DNA from: an uncultured Gammaproteobacteria bacterium
Lineage (GTDB): Bacteria > Pseudomonadota > Gammaproteobacteria > CAWCPV01
NCBI GenBank assembly: GCA_963797555.1
Contig: CAWCPV010000007.1
Coordinates: 448,001 to 512,000, forward strand
Direction: 5' to 3'
DNA length: 64,000 bases
In this document: positions 40,033 to 51,700 of the stretch, piece by piece
Position numbering within the stretch: the stretch's first letter is position 1
How the letters are laid out: every line of letters begins with the position of its first letter
The notes under the pieces: generated by a model
What the model saw: only the letters and a program-made list of their open reading frames with translations
Databases searched by the model: none
What the model was told of the DNA's origin: nothing
Made by a program: the position numbers and the translations under genes

Positions 40033-42561
40033 CTACACCGTATAGTCGGTCTCCAGACTCAGGCTGCTGTAGGCCGTAAGAGTGGTGGGATTCAGCGCCT
40101 TGACGGTAAACTTGCCCTCGAAGTCCGCATCCATGCGCAGCGCGATTTGCTTGCGCGCCCCCGCGGCCAGGGTGATCGTCCGTGTCGCCGGGTTCACGTC
40201 CCCGCCGGGCCGCGGCTCGCCCACCACGTTGCCCTTAGGGTCCTGCGCTTCCAGCAGCACCTCGACGGCATCGCCTGCGCCCGCAAACAGGCTGTCGCTG
40301 TGCAGCTCGACCTCGATCACGGGCAGTCGGGTCGTGATACGCTTCGCGCCGCTCTTGTAGGAAAGCACCACAGTGTAGCGCCGCGCGTCCGGCTGTACCG
40401 GGGCCTCGAAGCGCACCCGCAGCACCGGTACCACGGCCTCGGGCAGGGAGATCCCGCCGTGGAAGTAGAGATAGCCCGCTCGATAGGGCGCCATGCTGCG
40501 GGGACCCGCCACTTGCGCGAAGGCACCGCGAATCCCGAGCTTCTCCGCGGAGACCACGAAGTTGTGCCCATCCGCGACCCCATCGCCCAGCATCAACCGA
40601 TCGTGCGCGGCGACCGGCCACCGCCCCCGGGGCTTGGTGCACACGTCGCCGGCTTCCGCCTGGGCGTTCAGGAAAAACCCGTGGTCGGTCCCGATGACGG
40701 CCTCCCGGAATCCCAGGCCCCGCAGCTTGTGCAGGGCGACTCGGATCAGCTTGAGCGTGCCTGGAACGAGGCTCAGCGTGCTTTCCGGATTGCTCTCGAG
40801 CTGACTGTCGATCTCGGTGCTGCGCAACACCAGCAGATCCACGGTGTCGGGCAGCTTGGCCTTGCCCCGCACGAAATCGCTCAGCGCCATCTCCGCGAAC
40901 CGGTCGCCGTAGCGCTTGCGCAGCACGCCCATGCGCTGGGAGACGTTATTGACGGGAATCCCGGCGAGCTTCAGCACCAGCGAGTCGCCCTCGCTCTCCA
41001 GGGAAAGGTCCGCGTGCGCCCCTGGGAGCAGACTGGCCATGCCGACCGGGGTCACCGTCGGCAGTTGGGCGCAGGCCGCCCGGAGCTCGACCGGACCGTC
41101 CTCGGCGACGAGCTTCTCCAGCGCCACGCCCAGCTCGTAGCGCAGCGCGTCCACCATCAAGTAGGCCAGCCGGTGGCCGCGCTGCTTCAGCCGCTCGCCG
41201 ACGAAGCGATCGAACACGTCCGCGTTGGCGAGACGCCCCGTCGGCGGCCAGCCGTCCGTCTCCAGGTGGCTCACGAAGGCGGCCTGGACCTTCTCCGCAA
41301 GGCGGCGGTAACGGCTGCGCGCCACCTGGATGACCTCGCCCATGAAACCCTGGGCGTCCAGGAAATCGCCGACCGCCTGCTCGAATTCACGCTGCAATCG
41401 GTCCGCCTCGCGCAGGCTTCCGATATAGAAATCCAGCAGGCTTTCCTGGCGCCGCCCGTGGTCCGGCAACTGGCGTTCGAAATCCTCGCAGGCCTCCATG
41501 AGATGCAGGGCTGCCCGGATCAGCGCCCATTGCACCTGGCTCTCGCCCTTGCCAATCCACACCGACCGAGCGTGGCGGCCGAGCAGGGCGCGGGTTCGAT
41601 CGGCATTGTCCCGCAGCAATGCGTCCATGGCCTGCCGCAGGAAGGTGCGCTCCTCGAAGGGGAAGGTGTCCTTCTGACCCAGGTCTTCAATCTCGGAGCA
41701 CACCTCGGGCAGGTTCATCTCGGCCTCGATAGCCTCCGCCCTCTCGACATAGCTCGCCCGCGTGCGCAGGTCGCTGCGCAGCCGCTCGCACAGGTCCTCG
41801 ACCAGCGGCCGCGCCTCCTCCGGTGCGCGCGGGACGCCCGCCAAGGCATCAGGTAGCACGCCGGGCAAGTCGAAGACGAATTCGCTGAACAGCAGGAAAC
41901 GCCAAAACTCGTCGGCCAATGGTCCCCAGCTCTTGGCGCGGGTCTTCAGTTCCATCTCCAGCGTCGCGCGCAGGAGATCGCGTGCCTCCTGCGACCAGCC
42001 GTCCGCGGCCTTTAGCGTCTTCGCTTGCTCCGGATTCGGCACCAGCAGCGCTGCGAGGATATCGCCTGCCGATTCGACCTTCAGCGTCGCACGCAACTGG
42101 GGCCAGCCCATGCCGCCGCCAATCGCATCCATCACCGCAAAGGCCGGGGAAGGGTTCTCCGCGAACACGCGGCGAACCTCGGTGGCGAAATCCGGCTTGG
42201 CCCGCAGACAAACGCTCAAAAACTCGTCCCCGTCATCCTCCGGGAACACCGCGCCGCACTCGGCGTAGAGCGCAAAGGGATCGGCCTGTTTCTGCTGCTC
42301 GCTGAGAGGCTTTCCGGCCGGCACGTAGATTAGCAGCCCCTCCACCGACGCTTTGGCCGCGCCCAGCGCGCGCAGTCCCCGCAGCGCCGCCTCCCGGCTC
42401 TCGATGCTGCTCTCCGAGGCATCGACCACATAGATGGCGTCGGAAGCCAGACCCAGACACAGCTCCCGATAGCGCCGTTCGGGGTCGTACACCACCATGC
42501 ACTGGGCCTTCTTCAGGCGGGGGAGCAGCACCTGCTCGCGGATGAACGCTGTTAATCTCAT
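40033..42561 (-). CDS. pglZ: BREX PglZ alkaline-phosphatase-fold protein
   Basis: VDALRYE, LPTVTPVGMASL, TDHGF and HGGISLPE motifs. BREX context. Confidence 0.9.
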   Translation of the reverse strand: MRLTAFIREQVLLPRLKKAQCMVVYDPERRYRELCLGLASDAIYVVDASESSIESREAALRGLRALGAAKASVEGLLIYVPAGKPLSEQQKQADPFALYAECGAVFPEDDGDEFLSVCLRAKPDFATEVRRVFAENPSPAFAVMDAIGGGMGWPQLRATLKVESAGDILAALLVPNPEQAKTLKAADGWSQEARDLLRATLEMELKTRAKSWGPLADEFWRFLLFSEFVFDLPGVLPDALAGVPRAPEEARPLVEDLCERLRSDLRTRASYVERAEAIEAEMNLPEVCSEIEDLGQKDTFPFEERTFLRQAMDALLRDNADRTRALLGRHARSVWIGKGESQVQWALIRAALHLMEACEDFERQLPDHGRRQESLLDFYIGSLREADRLQREFEQAVGDFLDAQGFMGEVIQVARSRYRRLAEKVQAAFVSHLETDGWPPTGRLANADVFDRFVGERLKQRGHRLAYLMVDALRYELGVALEKLVAEDGPVELRAACAQLPTVTPVGMASLLPGAHADLSLESEGDSLVLKLAGIPVNNVSQRMGVLRKRYGDRFAEMALSDFVRGKAKLPDTVDLLVLRSTEIDSQLESNPESTLSLVPGTLKLIRVALHKLRGLGFREAVIGTDHGFFLNAQAEAGDVCTKPRGRWPVAAHDRLMLGDGVADGHNFVVSAEKLGIRGAFAQVAGPRSMAPYRAGYLYFHGGISLPEAVVPVLRVRFEAPVQPDARRYTVVLSYKSGAKRITTRLPVIEVELHSDSLFAGAGDAVEVLLEAQDPKGNVVGEPRPGGDVNPATRTITLAAGARKQIALRMDADFEGKFTVKALNPTTLTAYSSLSLETDYTV

Positions 42562-42588
42562 GGTTCTACCGGAAAGCAGCGCTGGCCC

Positions 42589-43009
42589 TCACGGAGCCGC
42601 CTCGTCCCAAACGACCCGCACGTACCCGCTATCCGCGAGCGATGAGTCTTTGGTGAGCAACGGCACTCCCCATGCCCACGCCTCAGCCGCCACGAGCCGA
42701 TCGAAGATATCCGGAATCGCTGTGAGCTTCGTGCTCTCGATGACACGGGCGGCGGTTAGCGGAAGGAGCCGGTAGTTATCGCTGTCCTGCAACTGATCCA
42801 GCACTGGTATCAACCGGGTCAGGGTAAAACCCCGTAGGCGCTGCTTTTCCGCGACCATGCAGGCCTCGGCCACCACCACGGCCGGCACCAGCAAAGACTG
42901 CTTCCCCGCGCTCCACCTCCGCCAGCGCATGCGCCGCCCCGCGCCCGATGCGATCGGGTGCCATCAGATGCCATATCAGGACGTGGGTATCCGTAACGTA
43001 CCGATTCAC
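42589..43009 (-). CDS. PIN-domain (VapC-like) toxin, frameshift near 42905
   Basis: VTDTHVLIW | ...VAE...DIFDRLVAA...LLTKD. Confidence 0.82.
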
Positions 43010-43299
43010 CGCTTCGATTCTCCCGCGAGCTCGTCGATCAGCCTGTCGTGCCGGGCGTTGCGCTCCGCGCGCGACTCGTCCAGGGCCGATCGCACCGGGT
43101 CACCCTCGGGCATAGGCCCCCGTGTCAGCACTCCGCGTATGCTAGCAATCTGCTGGACGGGCGATTCAGACCCGAGAGGAGTCTCCGCTTCCGAGGATAA
43201 GACAATCACCTCCACCTCACCGACGGGAACCTCCGGGGGCAACTGAAGGGACAGGCGGTGATCCGCCTGGACGGTCGCTCGGTATCGGTAGGCTTGCAT
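43006..43299 (-). CDS. Putative antitoxin (AbrB-like beta N-terminus) paired with the PIN toxin
   Basis: 4-nt overlap with the toxin start. GAGGAGGAG RBS; PVGEVEVIVL motif. Confidence 0.65.
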   Translation of the reverse strand: MQAYRYRATVQADHRLSLQLPPEVPVGEVEVIVLSSEAETPLGSESPVQQIASIRGVLTRGPMPEGDPVRSALDESRAERNARHDRLIDELAGESKR

Positions 43300-43388
43300 G
43301 GATGTTCTCCTCCTCATTCAAGCACCACCAACGAATGCTGATGGAGCCACGTTTATCGACGCCGGACAGGTTGATCGGAACCGAGCCT

Positions 43389-43595
43389 TCACTCGCCACC
43401 CTCGAGGAGATTGAAGACTTCGTCTCGTCCTATCGAGGCCGTGCTCTCGGCCTCTTCTATGGCGCGAGCGAGCGCAGCGTCCTCGATGGCCTCATCGACG
43501 ATGTCGCGAAGCAGATCGCGTCGCTCTTCGAGGACTTCCACGATAGCCGCCTTCAGCAGCTCCTTGAGCCGGCGTTCATCAACAGGTGTTGCCAT
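43389..43595 (-). CDS. Small acidic antitoxin-like protein (RelE-partner type)
   Basis: LKELLKAAIVEVLEERRDLL...IEDAALARAIEE...RDEVF; 68 aa. Confidence 0.6.
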   Translation of the reverse strand: MATPVDERRLKELLKAAIVEVLEERRDLLRDIVDEAIEDAALARAIEEAESTASIGRDEVFNLLEGGE

Positions 43596-43627
43596 GCTGG
43601 CCTCACGGGTTCAAGAAATTAGCACCC

Positions 43628-43659
43628 GTAGGTTGGGCAAAAGCGCAGCGTTGCCCAAC
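43628..43659. repeat. GTAG-type REP hairpin
   Basis: GTAG-GTTGGGCAA-aagcgcagcg-TTGCCCAAC. Confidence 0.7.
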
Positions 43660-43754
43660 ACGAACGCCGATCGGTCCATCTAGCCGGCGATACATCCGGA
43701 CTGTCGTATGAATTCCGCGTCCCAAGGACCGGTCAACTCGACCCGTTCGCCGTC

Positions 43755-44162
43755 TCAGGACGACCCGGATGCATGGACCAGCCGGACGTTGTCCGTATAG
43801 CGTGCCAAAAGACTGTCGTCGGTCAACAGGAGCATGGGCTCCACACGGCTTTGCGCGACCAACAGCCGGTCGAACGGGTCCTTATGGATCGGCGGCAGCC
43901 GCGATACCAGCGCTGCGTGTTGCGCGGTGACGGGCAGCTCGGCAAAGCCGGTTTCCGGCATCACGGCCAGGATCTCGGCCGGATCGGCCTGGAAATCCTG
44001 CCGGCCCAACGCGCTCTTGATGGCAATCTCCCAGATATTGGCAGCGCTGAAGTAGATCTCGTTGTCGCCGTCCTCAAGCATGCGGCGCACCGCCTTGGGT
44101 ACCCGGTGGCTCGCACCCACGGCCCAGAGCAGCACGTGCGTATCGAGCAGGATGCGCATCAA
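43755..44162 (-). CDS. vapC: VapC-family PIN toxin
   Basis: LLDTHVLLW, SAANIWEIAIK, HKDPFDRLLVAQ, LLTDD. Confidence 0.92.
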   Translation of the reverse strand: MMRILLDTHVLLWAVGASHRVPKAVRRMLEDGDNEIYFSAANIWEIAIKSALGRQDFQADPAEILAVMPETGFAELPVTAQHAALVSRLPPIHKDPFDRLLVAQSRVEPMLLLTDDSLLARYTDNVRLVHASGSS

Positions 44163-44401
44163 CGCTCGCCTTCGAACTGAGCCAGGATCTCATCGGGCAG
44201 GGGTGCGTTGAAGTCATCGGGAATGCGCAGCTTGCCGTCCAGCAGCCCCAGCTTGCGGAGCCGCCGTGGCGATGCCAGCGGCACGAGCCGGGCAACCGGT
44301 TTGCCGGCCTTGGCGATGACGAACTCCTCACCCGCCTGGGCCTGTTCGACCAGCCGGGAAAGGTGCGTCTTGGCTTCGTGGATGTTTATCTGTTGTGCCA
44401 T
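44159..44401 (-). CDS. Phd/YefM-family antitoxin
   Basis: INIHEAKTHLSRLV...GEEFVIAKAGKPVARLVP. TGRACTAAG direct repeats upstream (44418-44436) could be the operator. Confidence 0.92.
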   Translation of the reverse strand: MAQQINIHEAKTHLSRLVEQAQAGEEFVIAKAGKPVARLVPLASPRRLRKLGLLDGKLRIPDDFNAPLPDEILAQFEGER

Positions 44402-44490
44402 GGCTGGCATCTCTGGATGGACTAAGGTGAACTAAGCTTATCATGTTGAAGGGCCTGCGCGGCCCGCGGCGATCATGCACCCTAGTCGCC

Positions 44491-47400
44491 CTAGTCGTCC
44501 CCGCCATCTTCCGCGACGGGCTTGCGCCCCCGTTTTTTCTTCGCGCTCTGCGGGGGCGCCTGGTAGAGGTCTTCGAGGTCGTGGGCGATGGCCAGTGACT
44601 TGTCGGTCTTGCATTTCTCGCGCACGCGGTCGGGCCAGAGGGTATAGGCCAGGTGCGCCCAATCGTAGTCGCCGCGATCCAGCTTCTCCCAGGTCTCCTT
44701 CAGCGTCTTCTGCCACTTGGGCAGGCGGAACAGCTTCCAGAGGGGCGCCGCCGTGATCTGGACGCCGTCGTTCAGGTTCGGCTTCCAGCGGGGCGCCCAG
44801 GCGAGCAGCTCGTCGCGGAAGGCCTGCAGCTCAATCTCGAAGTCCTGCAGCCCTTCCAGCTCCTTTTCATCGGCACGGGTGCGGGCGCTGCCTTTGGCCT
44901 GTAGCCGGCCTACCGCCTCGCTGACTTGACGGAGCTTCGGCTCCACGAAGTGCACGACGCAGGCATAGAGCGTTTGATCGGTGAGGCGGTGGTAGTAGAT
45001 CCAGAGCGTGTAACGGCCGGAGGCGGTGGAGAGCGGCCAGTAGATGGGGGCCTGGCGGCGGCTCTTGGAGTAGCGCTTCAGGTGGTCGGCGAAGAAACTG
45101 GCAGGCTTGCGGAAGTAGTCGCGCAAGGTGCGCACGCCCAGGATGTCGCACGCCTCGCGCTCGATGGCCTCCCAGCGGTCCTTCCAGATGATTTGCAGCA
45201 CCTGGTGGACACGGGCCTCAATGTCCAGCGGATGGCCCGGGTCATCCACCAGGATGCCGTCCCACGGGATCTCGATCGGATAGTTCCAGCGGCCTTCCTG
45301 CTTCAGCCTTGCCACGTCCTCCTTGGTGACGGGTAGCCCTTGCTCGTTCTGGAGCTGGCCGGGCGGACAAACCGGCAACGGCGCAAACGGGTCGGGCAAC
45401 TCCGGCGCCGGTTTCTCGCCCGTGGCGAAACGGATGTCCCAGCGGCCAAAGGCGGTGCCGAGGGCATAGGATGGCGCAAATTCGAAAGCGGGTCGTCCCG
45501 ACGCTGCCAGCGACCGATGAAATCTTGATTCACTCGCAAGCTTCTCAAGATCGCAATTGAACCTCAAAGCCAACGATTCGAACTCGGCGTGTATGACGTG
45601 AGAGCGTTTCATGAGCTGCCGACTTACGCCTTCGACGGGTGCCTCCTTTTCATCTCCGTCCAAAGTCGGGAGATTGGGACTGCCCCAAAAGCCCTCCGGT
45701 ATCTGCCCGCCGCCGCAGTGGTATGGGTGCCGCGCAAAATCTGCCTCAAGTAATCCGTCATCAGCCTCGGAAAACCCGAAAATATGTCTCCATATTTTGT
45801 CAACCATCCAATCCGACCGAAGGACCTCTAGCGCGTCTGCAAGAAACGACTTGGCGTTAGATATCGCGAAATCTTTGAGAGACTGACGTGTCGCTCCGAA
45901 TCGAAGACCCTGAAAGGTTGGAGACAGCTCGTCGACAGCCAACTGATGAGTTTGAACACACCGAAACCGCCGATCGATACTCTGTTTGATGTGTTCGGAC
46001 TGAGCGGAGTTCAGGCGGTCGAGAAGGCATGGAAGTCTCTTCATGATCCCCGTCGTATAATTCCGGGCGGCACTACCTCGAACGGCAGAATCTCCGGACC
46101 CGACGCAGAATTCAACTAAGGCCCCGACCGGACGACTATTGAGATACGAAAGTAGCGGCACAAGGTGTTGGCCGGCGAGAGGAATAATGCCAGGGCCTCC
46201 CGGACTGAAGACGCTTCCCGCAGGTAATGCTCGAAACGAAAGAAAGCTAGTCGTTCGCTGGGTATAAGTAATCCCCGGAACTCCGTAAATCTCGGAATCG
46301 GTCGTCCTTCGAGCAACAGGTAGCAACTTGAAGTCAACTACCAACTCGTAGTTCCCAGCGGTAGGTTGATAGTCGCCGCCTTTTGCATAGCGCCGCCATC
46401 GGCCGTCCAACTCGTTAGGTGGAACTTCGACGTGGAGGCGCAAGAATCGATCGTCTTCACCTGTCTCAAGCCCCTTCGAAACTTTCGCAAAAGCCTCGAC
46501 CGGCCGTTCCGCGAAAAGGTCAATCCAATGCTTTGGCGCCCAATAAGCAATGCGGTGGCTGGGAATCTGGCCCCAGCAATTTGGCACGGCAAAGACATCG
46601 CGTTTAGGCGTGGACTGGACAATCGCAGCAGCCAAAGCAGTCGCTTTATCGCTCGCCGAAAGCAGGCGAAAGAATGTTCCGAGTCGTCCTTCACGAGAGA
46701 TAACGAAAGCGGCAGGTTCAACCACCGCATCCAAAACCCCGTATCCCAAATCAGCGACGAGAGCGAAGTTGCAAGACGACAGGATCGCTTCCCGCCACTC
46801 GTCGAGCTGATCGAGGAACATCAGAAGGCGTGTCGCAAGCACACCGATACGGCCGCCGACTGATAGCTGCTGAATGCTGCGCGTTAAGAATAGCGACGCA
46901 ATTTCGCGACTAGATCCTGCAGGTGCCGGAATCTCCTGTTGGTAAATGGCTCTAGTCGCTTCGCCAAACGGCGGATTCATGAGGACCACGTCATATCGTT
47001 TGCGGCACAGGTCGATGAAGGCAAAGCCACGGGCGGCATCATCGGCAAACAGGCGGCGCTGGTAGCCGTCGCCGTGCTCCGCCCGTCCAGCGTAGGTCTG
47101 GAGGGCGGCGTAGATGCGTTCCTCGGCCTTTTCCCAGAAGGTTTCGTCGGTGATGCCGGTTACATCCAACCCGAGTTGCTGTTGCACGGGCGGAGCGGTG
47201 TCGTCGGCGAAGAGACGGCCTTGTTCGCGCTTAGGGCCGACGAGCCATTTCTGCTTCGCCTCGGCCACGGCGCCGGCGATTTCCTCCTCGATCTTGAGCA
47301 AGGAGCCGGCTTCGCCCGCGAGCTTCATGGCCTCGAATACCCGCCGGACGAGTTGCCCGAGAAGCTTTCGCTCGGGCGTGGCGGAGAGGTGCGCCGTGAC

Positions 47401-48757
47401 GAACTCCTCCAAGAACGCTTCCTCGCCGGGCATGGGCTCGGCGCAGACGATGTTCGAACGGCGGATGCGGAAGCGCTCGCCGGGCTTGAGGCCCTGCTGC
47501 TGCCAGGTGCGCTGGGCGCGCAGCCAGAGAGACAGCCCGGCGATCTGCACCGCGCGGGGGTCGATGTCGATGCCGTGGATGTTGCGCTCGATGATGAGGC
47601 GGGGAACATCCCGCAGCAGCTCGCCCTTGTCTGCGTACGTCTCCCGTAGCGGCTTCAAGCCTTCGCCCCGCGCATCTCCTCCCGTGGGCGAAGGGAGCAC
47701 ATTGAGATCCCATGCCTCCTCGTAGATGCACTCGAACAGGTCGAAGGCATAGAGCCCGAAGTGCATGGACCCACAGGCGGGGTCCAGCATCTTGATCTCG
47801 CGCGGATCCTTCAATGCCCGGAAGGGGATATATACCGGCTGCTGCAGCAGTTCCTCCTGGCTGAGGTTGCCCTGATCGCTCGGCGGCTCGGGCGCCACTT
47901 CTCCGGGCGCCAGGAAGACTTCGCGCGGGCGACGCACCAGATAGCCGCAGCGTTCCTTCAGCGCCGTCCTGCCCTGGGCCATCTCGTACCAGATGCGGCC
48001 CAGGGTGTTGTCGGTGAGGAACTCCACCACGTAGCGCGGCGTGAAGAACTGGTTGCGCACGGCCAGCTCGCGGCTGTTGCGCGGCGCGGCCGATTCGTCG
48101 CGCATCTTTTTCCGCTCTTCCTTGGAGTTGAAGTACTGGTAGATCCAGCCGATGGTCTCGTCCTCCGCCCACAGCGGTGCGATGTCGGGGGCGTTGATGA
48201 GCTGGAGCGCCTCCAGCAGGGCTGGCTCGCGCGGGAAGAGCCGCCCTTGGGGCGAGTAGCGGTCGAACAGCACCTTGAGGTCGAGCGCCAGTTCGTCGAA
48301 GACGCTGAAGAGGTAGCAGCGGTAGGCATCGCCCATCTCCCCGAGGCCGCTGCCCGCCAGCCTGGCGTACAACTGAAAGCCCTTGGAGTTGTGGCCGCTC
48401 GCCACCGACTCGATCAGCAGGCCGCGCGCCTCGGCCATGCGCAGGCGCAGCGAGGCGGTTGAGCACGGTGAAGGCCTGCTCGCGCACGATGCGCTCCAGC
48501 CCGCTGCTGCGGTTGCCGCCCGTGGCGGCTGGTCGGCGCAGGTAGTGCGCCAGCGTCTCGCGCAGGATGCGGGCCGTTTCGCGCCGGGCATCATCGAGGT
48601 GGCGCAGGCTTGTCCAGGTCGCGCCACCTGCGCCGGAGATGCGGGTCCAGGCCGTACTCGTTCTGCAGTTGGCGGGTGAACTCCTCGGTCAGCAGCGCGC
48701 GCGCGCCTCGCTGACGAAGCGCTGCAGGCGGTTGCGGGTGGGTTGATCGAAGGCCAT
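44491..48757 (-). CDS. pglX: BREX PglX adenine methyltransferase (frameshifts in the first 300 nt or so)
   Basis: Start MAFDQPTRNRL overlaps the brxC stop. ETIGWIYQYF, NQFFTPRYVV, DPACGSMHF, MNPPF, PIYWPL, DDGV-like NDGVQI. Confidence 0.9.
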
Positions 48758-51700
48758 TAGCCATCGTCCTCGATGACTGAAGCGTCACCTCGACGTCTCG
48801 AGTAGATGGGCCAGATCTCGCTTTGAGCTCTTGCAGCTGCCGAATCAGGTCTTCGAATCTGCGTCGGGTCGCTGATCGCTGACAGTGGACGTCGCACGGT
48901 AAGCTTCGTACGTCGCGCACGGAATCGCCGATCCTTCGCGCGCCCGCTCCTCCATCCGCCGGCGCGCGCGCTCCTGGCCCTGACGGCCGATCGACGTCTT
49001 GAGATCGCTGACCGTCGGAGATGATCTCGTAGTCGCGGTTGAGCAGCTGCTTGAGGCCGGCGAGGTCCTGCGTCGGCCTCCATCGCCAGCGCTGTCCAGA
49101 CGCGGCCAACGCGTTCGCGCTGCTCTTCCTGGGTGAGTCTCTGCCATTCGGGCAGGCGCTGCAGGTCCTCTGGCGCCTCCTTGAGGCGCAGCTTCTGCTG
49201 CTCGGTCGAGCTGCGGTGACCGCGTTGCTGACCCGGCGCCTTGATGTGCGGTGAGCGGGGTGCTGAGGTCGGCGGCGTGGCTGGAAGAAGTCGTCCTTGC
49301 CGAGGCGCTCGGCGAGCTGCTGCAAGCTCTCGGCGAGGTCGCGGCGCAGCTCCCCGGGGATGCCGGTCGCGGGCAGCGCACTCGATGTCGCGGCGGTGGC
49401 GCCTGCAGATCCCGCGATGGTGGTCTCCAGGCCGTTGCTTGAGCGCTCGGTTCGACCTCGCCGGCCCACTTCAGGCTCTGGTACAGCGCCGACTCCTCGC
49501 CGCCCAGGCGCTGCGGGGCATCGGAGGCGTCGGTGAACAGCACGTCGGCGATGTCCTGGTTCAGTGTGCGGATGCGTTCCGCCGCCGGCCAGCCTGTAGC
49601 GCCGAGAGCTTTTCCGCGAGCGGGGCGTACTGCGTGCTGGAAACGCGGGAAGCGCTTGGCGGCGGCCTTGCTGATCTCCTCCTCCAGCGGGATCACCGTG
49701 TCGCCGATCAGCTCGGTGAGGCGTTCGGCGGCGCGCGCCAAGGTCTCGATGGAGGGCCGCTCGTCGCGCAAGCGCTACGCCCGCGGCTGGCAAAGCTTCT
49801 GTTGGTCTTCAGCGCATCGATCGCCTGCTGGCCGGTTGACCGTGACCTCGCGGCCCGAGACCTTGAGCTTGATCTCGCCCGCCACCAGCATCGCGGCGAG
49901 GAGGTAGCGGATGCGTGTCCGGCGACCAGCCGAACGGCGCGCTCGGTGAAGTGGTCGAGCAGGCGCTTGCCTTCGACGGTGCCGTTGCGCTCGATGTAGT
50001 CGCGGATGCTGACGAGGGCCTTGTGGTCGGTCTTGATGCGCGGCCGTGCCGCCGGCTGATCTGCACCAGCCCCAGCGGATCCAGGGCGCTGGTGATGGCC
50101 GCGGGATTGCCCGACGCGCAGGAACTTCTCGGCCAAGGCCGTCTCCGCCCGCACGGGCGCCTCGGCGTAGCGGTCGAAGACCTGCTCGGCGACATCCGCG
50201 AGATGCTTTCTTGCAAGGCCTCGAGCACGTCTGGTCGAGGGCTCTCGACGGCGGTGGTCTGGCCGCGGAAGAGGAACGAGCCCTGCGCGCAGCTGCCTGC
50301 TTGAGCAGTTGCTGCAAGTTCGCCGCGAGCTTGGCGGCCCGCTCGCGTCTGGCTGGCGCAGTACTCCTTGACCTCCTGGTCGGGATCGTTGCGGTGCAGC
50401 TCGGCGATGCGCTGGCAGCGGTAGATCTCGGCCGACCAGATCGTCGGCTTCGGCGGCTGCGCGGCCGAGCAGGTAGATCACGTTTTGCCGTGCGCTCGCT
50501 GGCGCGACTCGTCGAGCAGCCGGGTGCGCTGGCGGTCTCGTAGTCGGTCGGATTGGCGAACTCGACGACGGTCTGGATCGTGCTCGCGCTCGCCGGCGAG
50601 GCTGGTGATGAGTGCTGCCCGACTGCGCCTTGAGCCCCGTGGTGACGGCCAGCGTGCCGTGCAGGCGTGGCGGGCGGCAGCGGGTCGAAAGCGTCGCGGA
50701 GCGCCTCGTTGAGGATGCGCCGCGTCTCGACGGTGCGCAGCGGTATCTGCGCCGCGCTCCTGCTCGATGTCGTTCAGCTTCTCGCTGAAGAAGCAGCAGG
50801 TTGCCGTCCTTCTCGCCGAGCGGCACCAGCGGATCGTTCAGCATCTCCTCGACGCGCCTTGCGCACCTCGTCCAGGCGCGAGGGCGCGGTCGACGGCGGG
50901 TGCATGAGGCTGGCGAGATTCTGCACCGTGACCGGCATATTGCCGAGGATCTGCAGCACGGCGACGGTCTTCGCCACCTCCTGGTGCAGGGCGGAGTCGT
51001 GGAAAGCGAATGCAGGACCTTGCCGACCGCCTGATGGATCGACGGAAAGGCGCGGCGGATGTCCTTCTCCAGCGCGTCGTACAGGGTCACCGTGGTGGCC
51101 AGCCAGCCCGACCGGCTGATCCGCGACCGGCGTGCGGCCGTCGCTGCCCTCGACCAGAATGTCCTGGATCACCTTGATGGCGGAGCGCAGGCCGATGCCG
51201 CCGGTGGATTTGGCCAGGGCACCCAGCAGGTGGAGCAGGATATCGAAGTGCGCCGGCAGGAAAGGGTAGAGGTTGATGAAGGTCTCGCGGTTGAAATCCG
51301 CGTCGTAGTAGCTTGGCGTCGTGCAGCTTGGTGTTGTGCCGCAGGGCCTGCCCGAGCTGCATCGAACAGCTCGCCCGAGCGTCTGCTCGCCGGCTGGCGA
51401 CTTGCCAAGCAGCCGGCGGTAGCAGATCTCCTTGATGTCGCTCGACTCCAGGTCGACCTGGATGGGGAAGCGGTCCTTGAGCTTGAAGAGCTCCGGCGAA
51501 TTGAAGGCCGCGCGCGGGTCGTCCTCGGTCAGCGTCTGCTGCGCGGTGCCGATGATCCAGACCTTGCCGTCGCCCATGCTGCTTGAGGTTCTTGGCCAGG
51601 CCGTCGAGGTTGAGGATCGAGGTCTGGCGCGCGAGCCGACGTACTGGCCCACCTCGTCGATGATGAAGAGGATATACTGCTTGCCCGATGCTTCGCGGAC

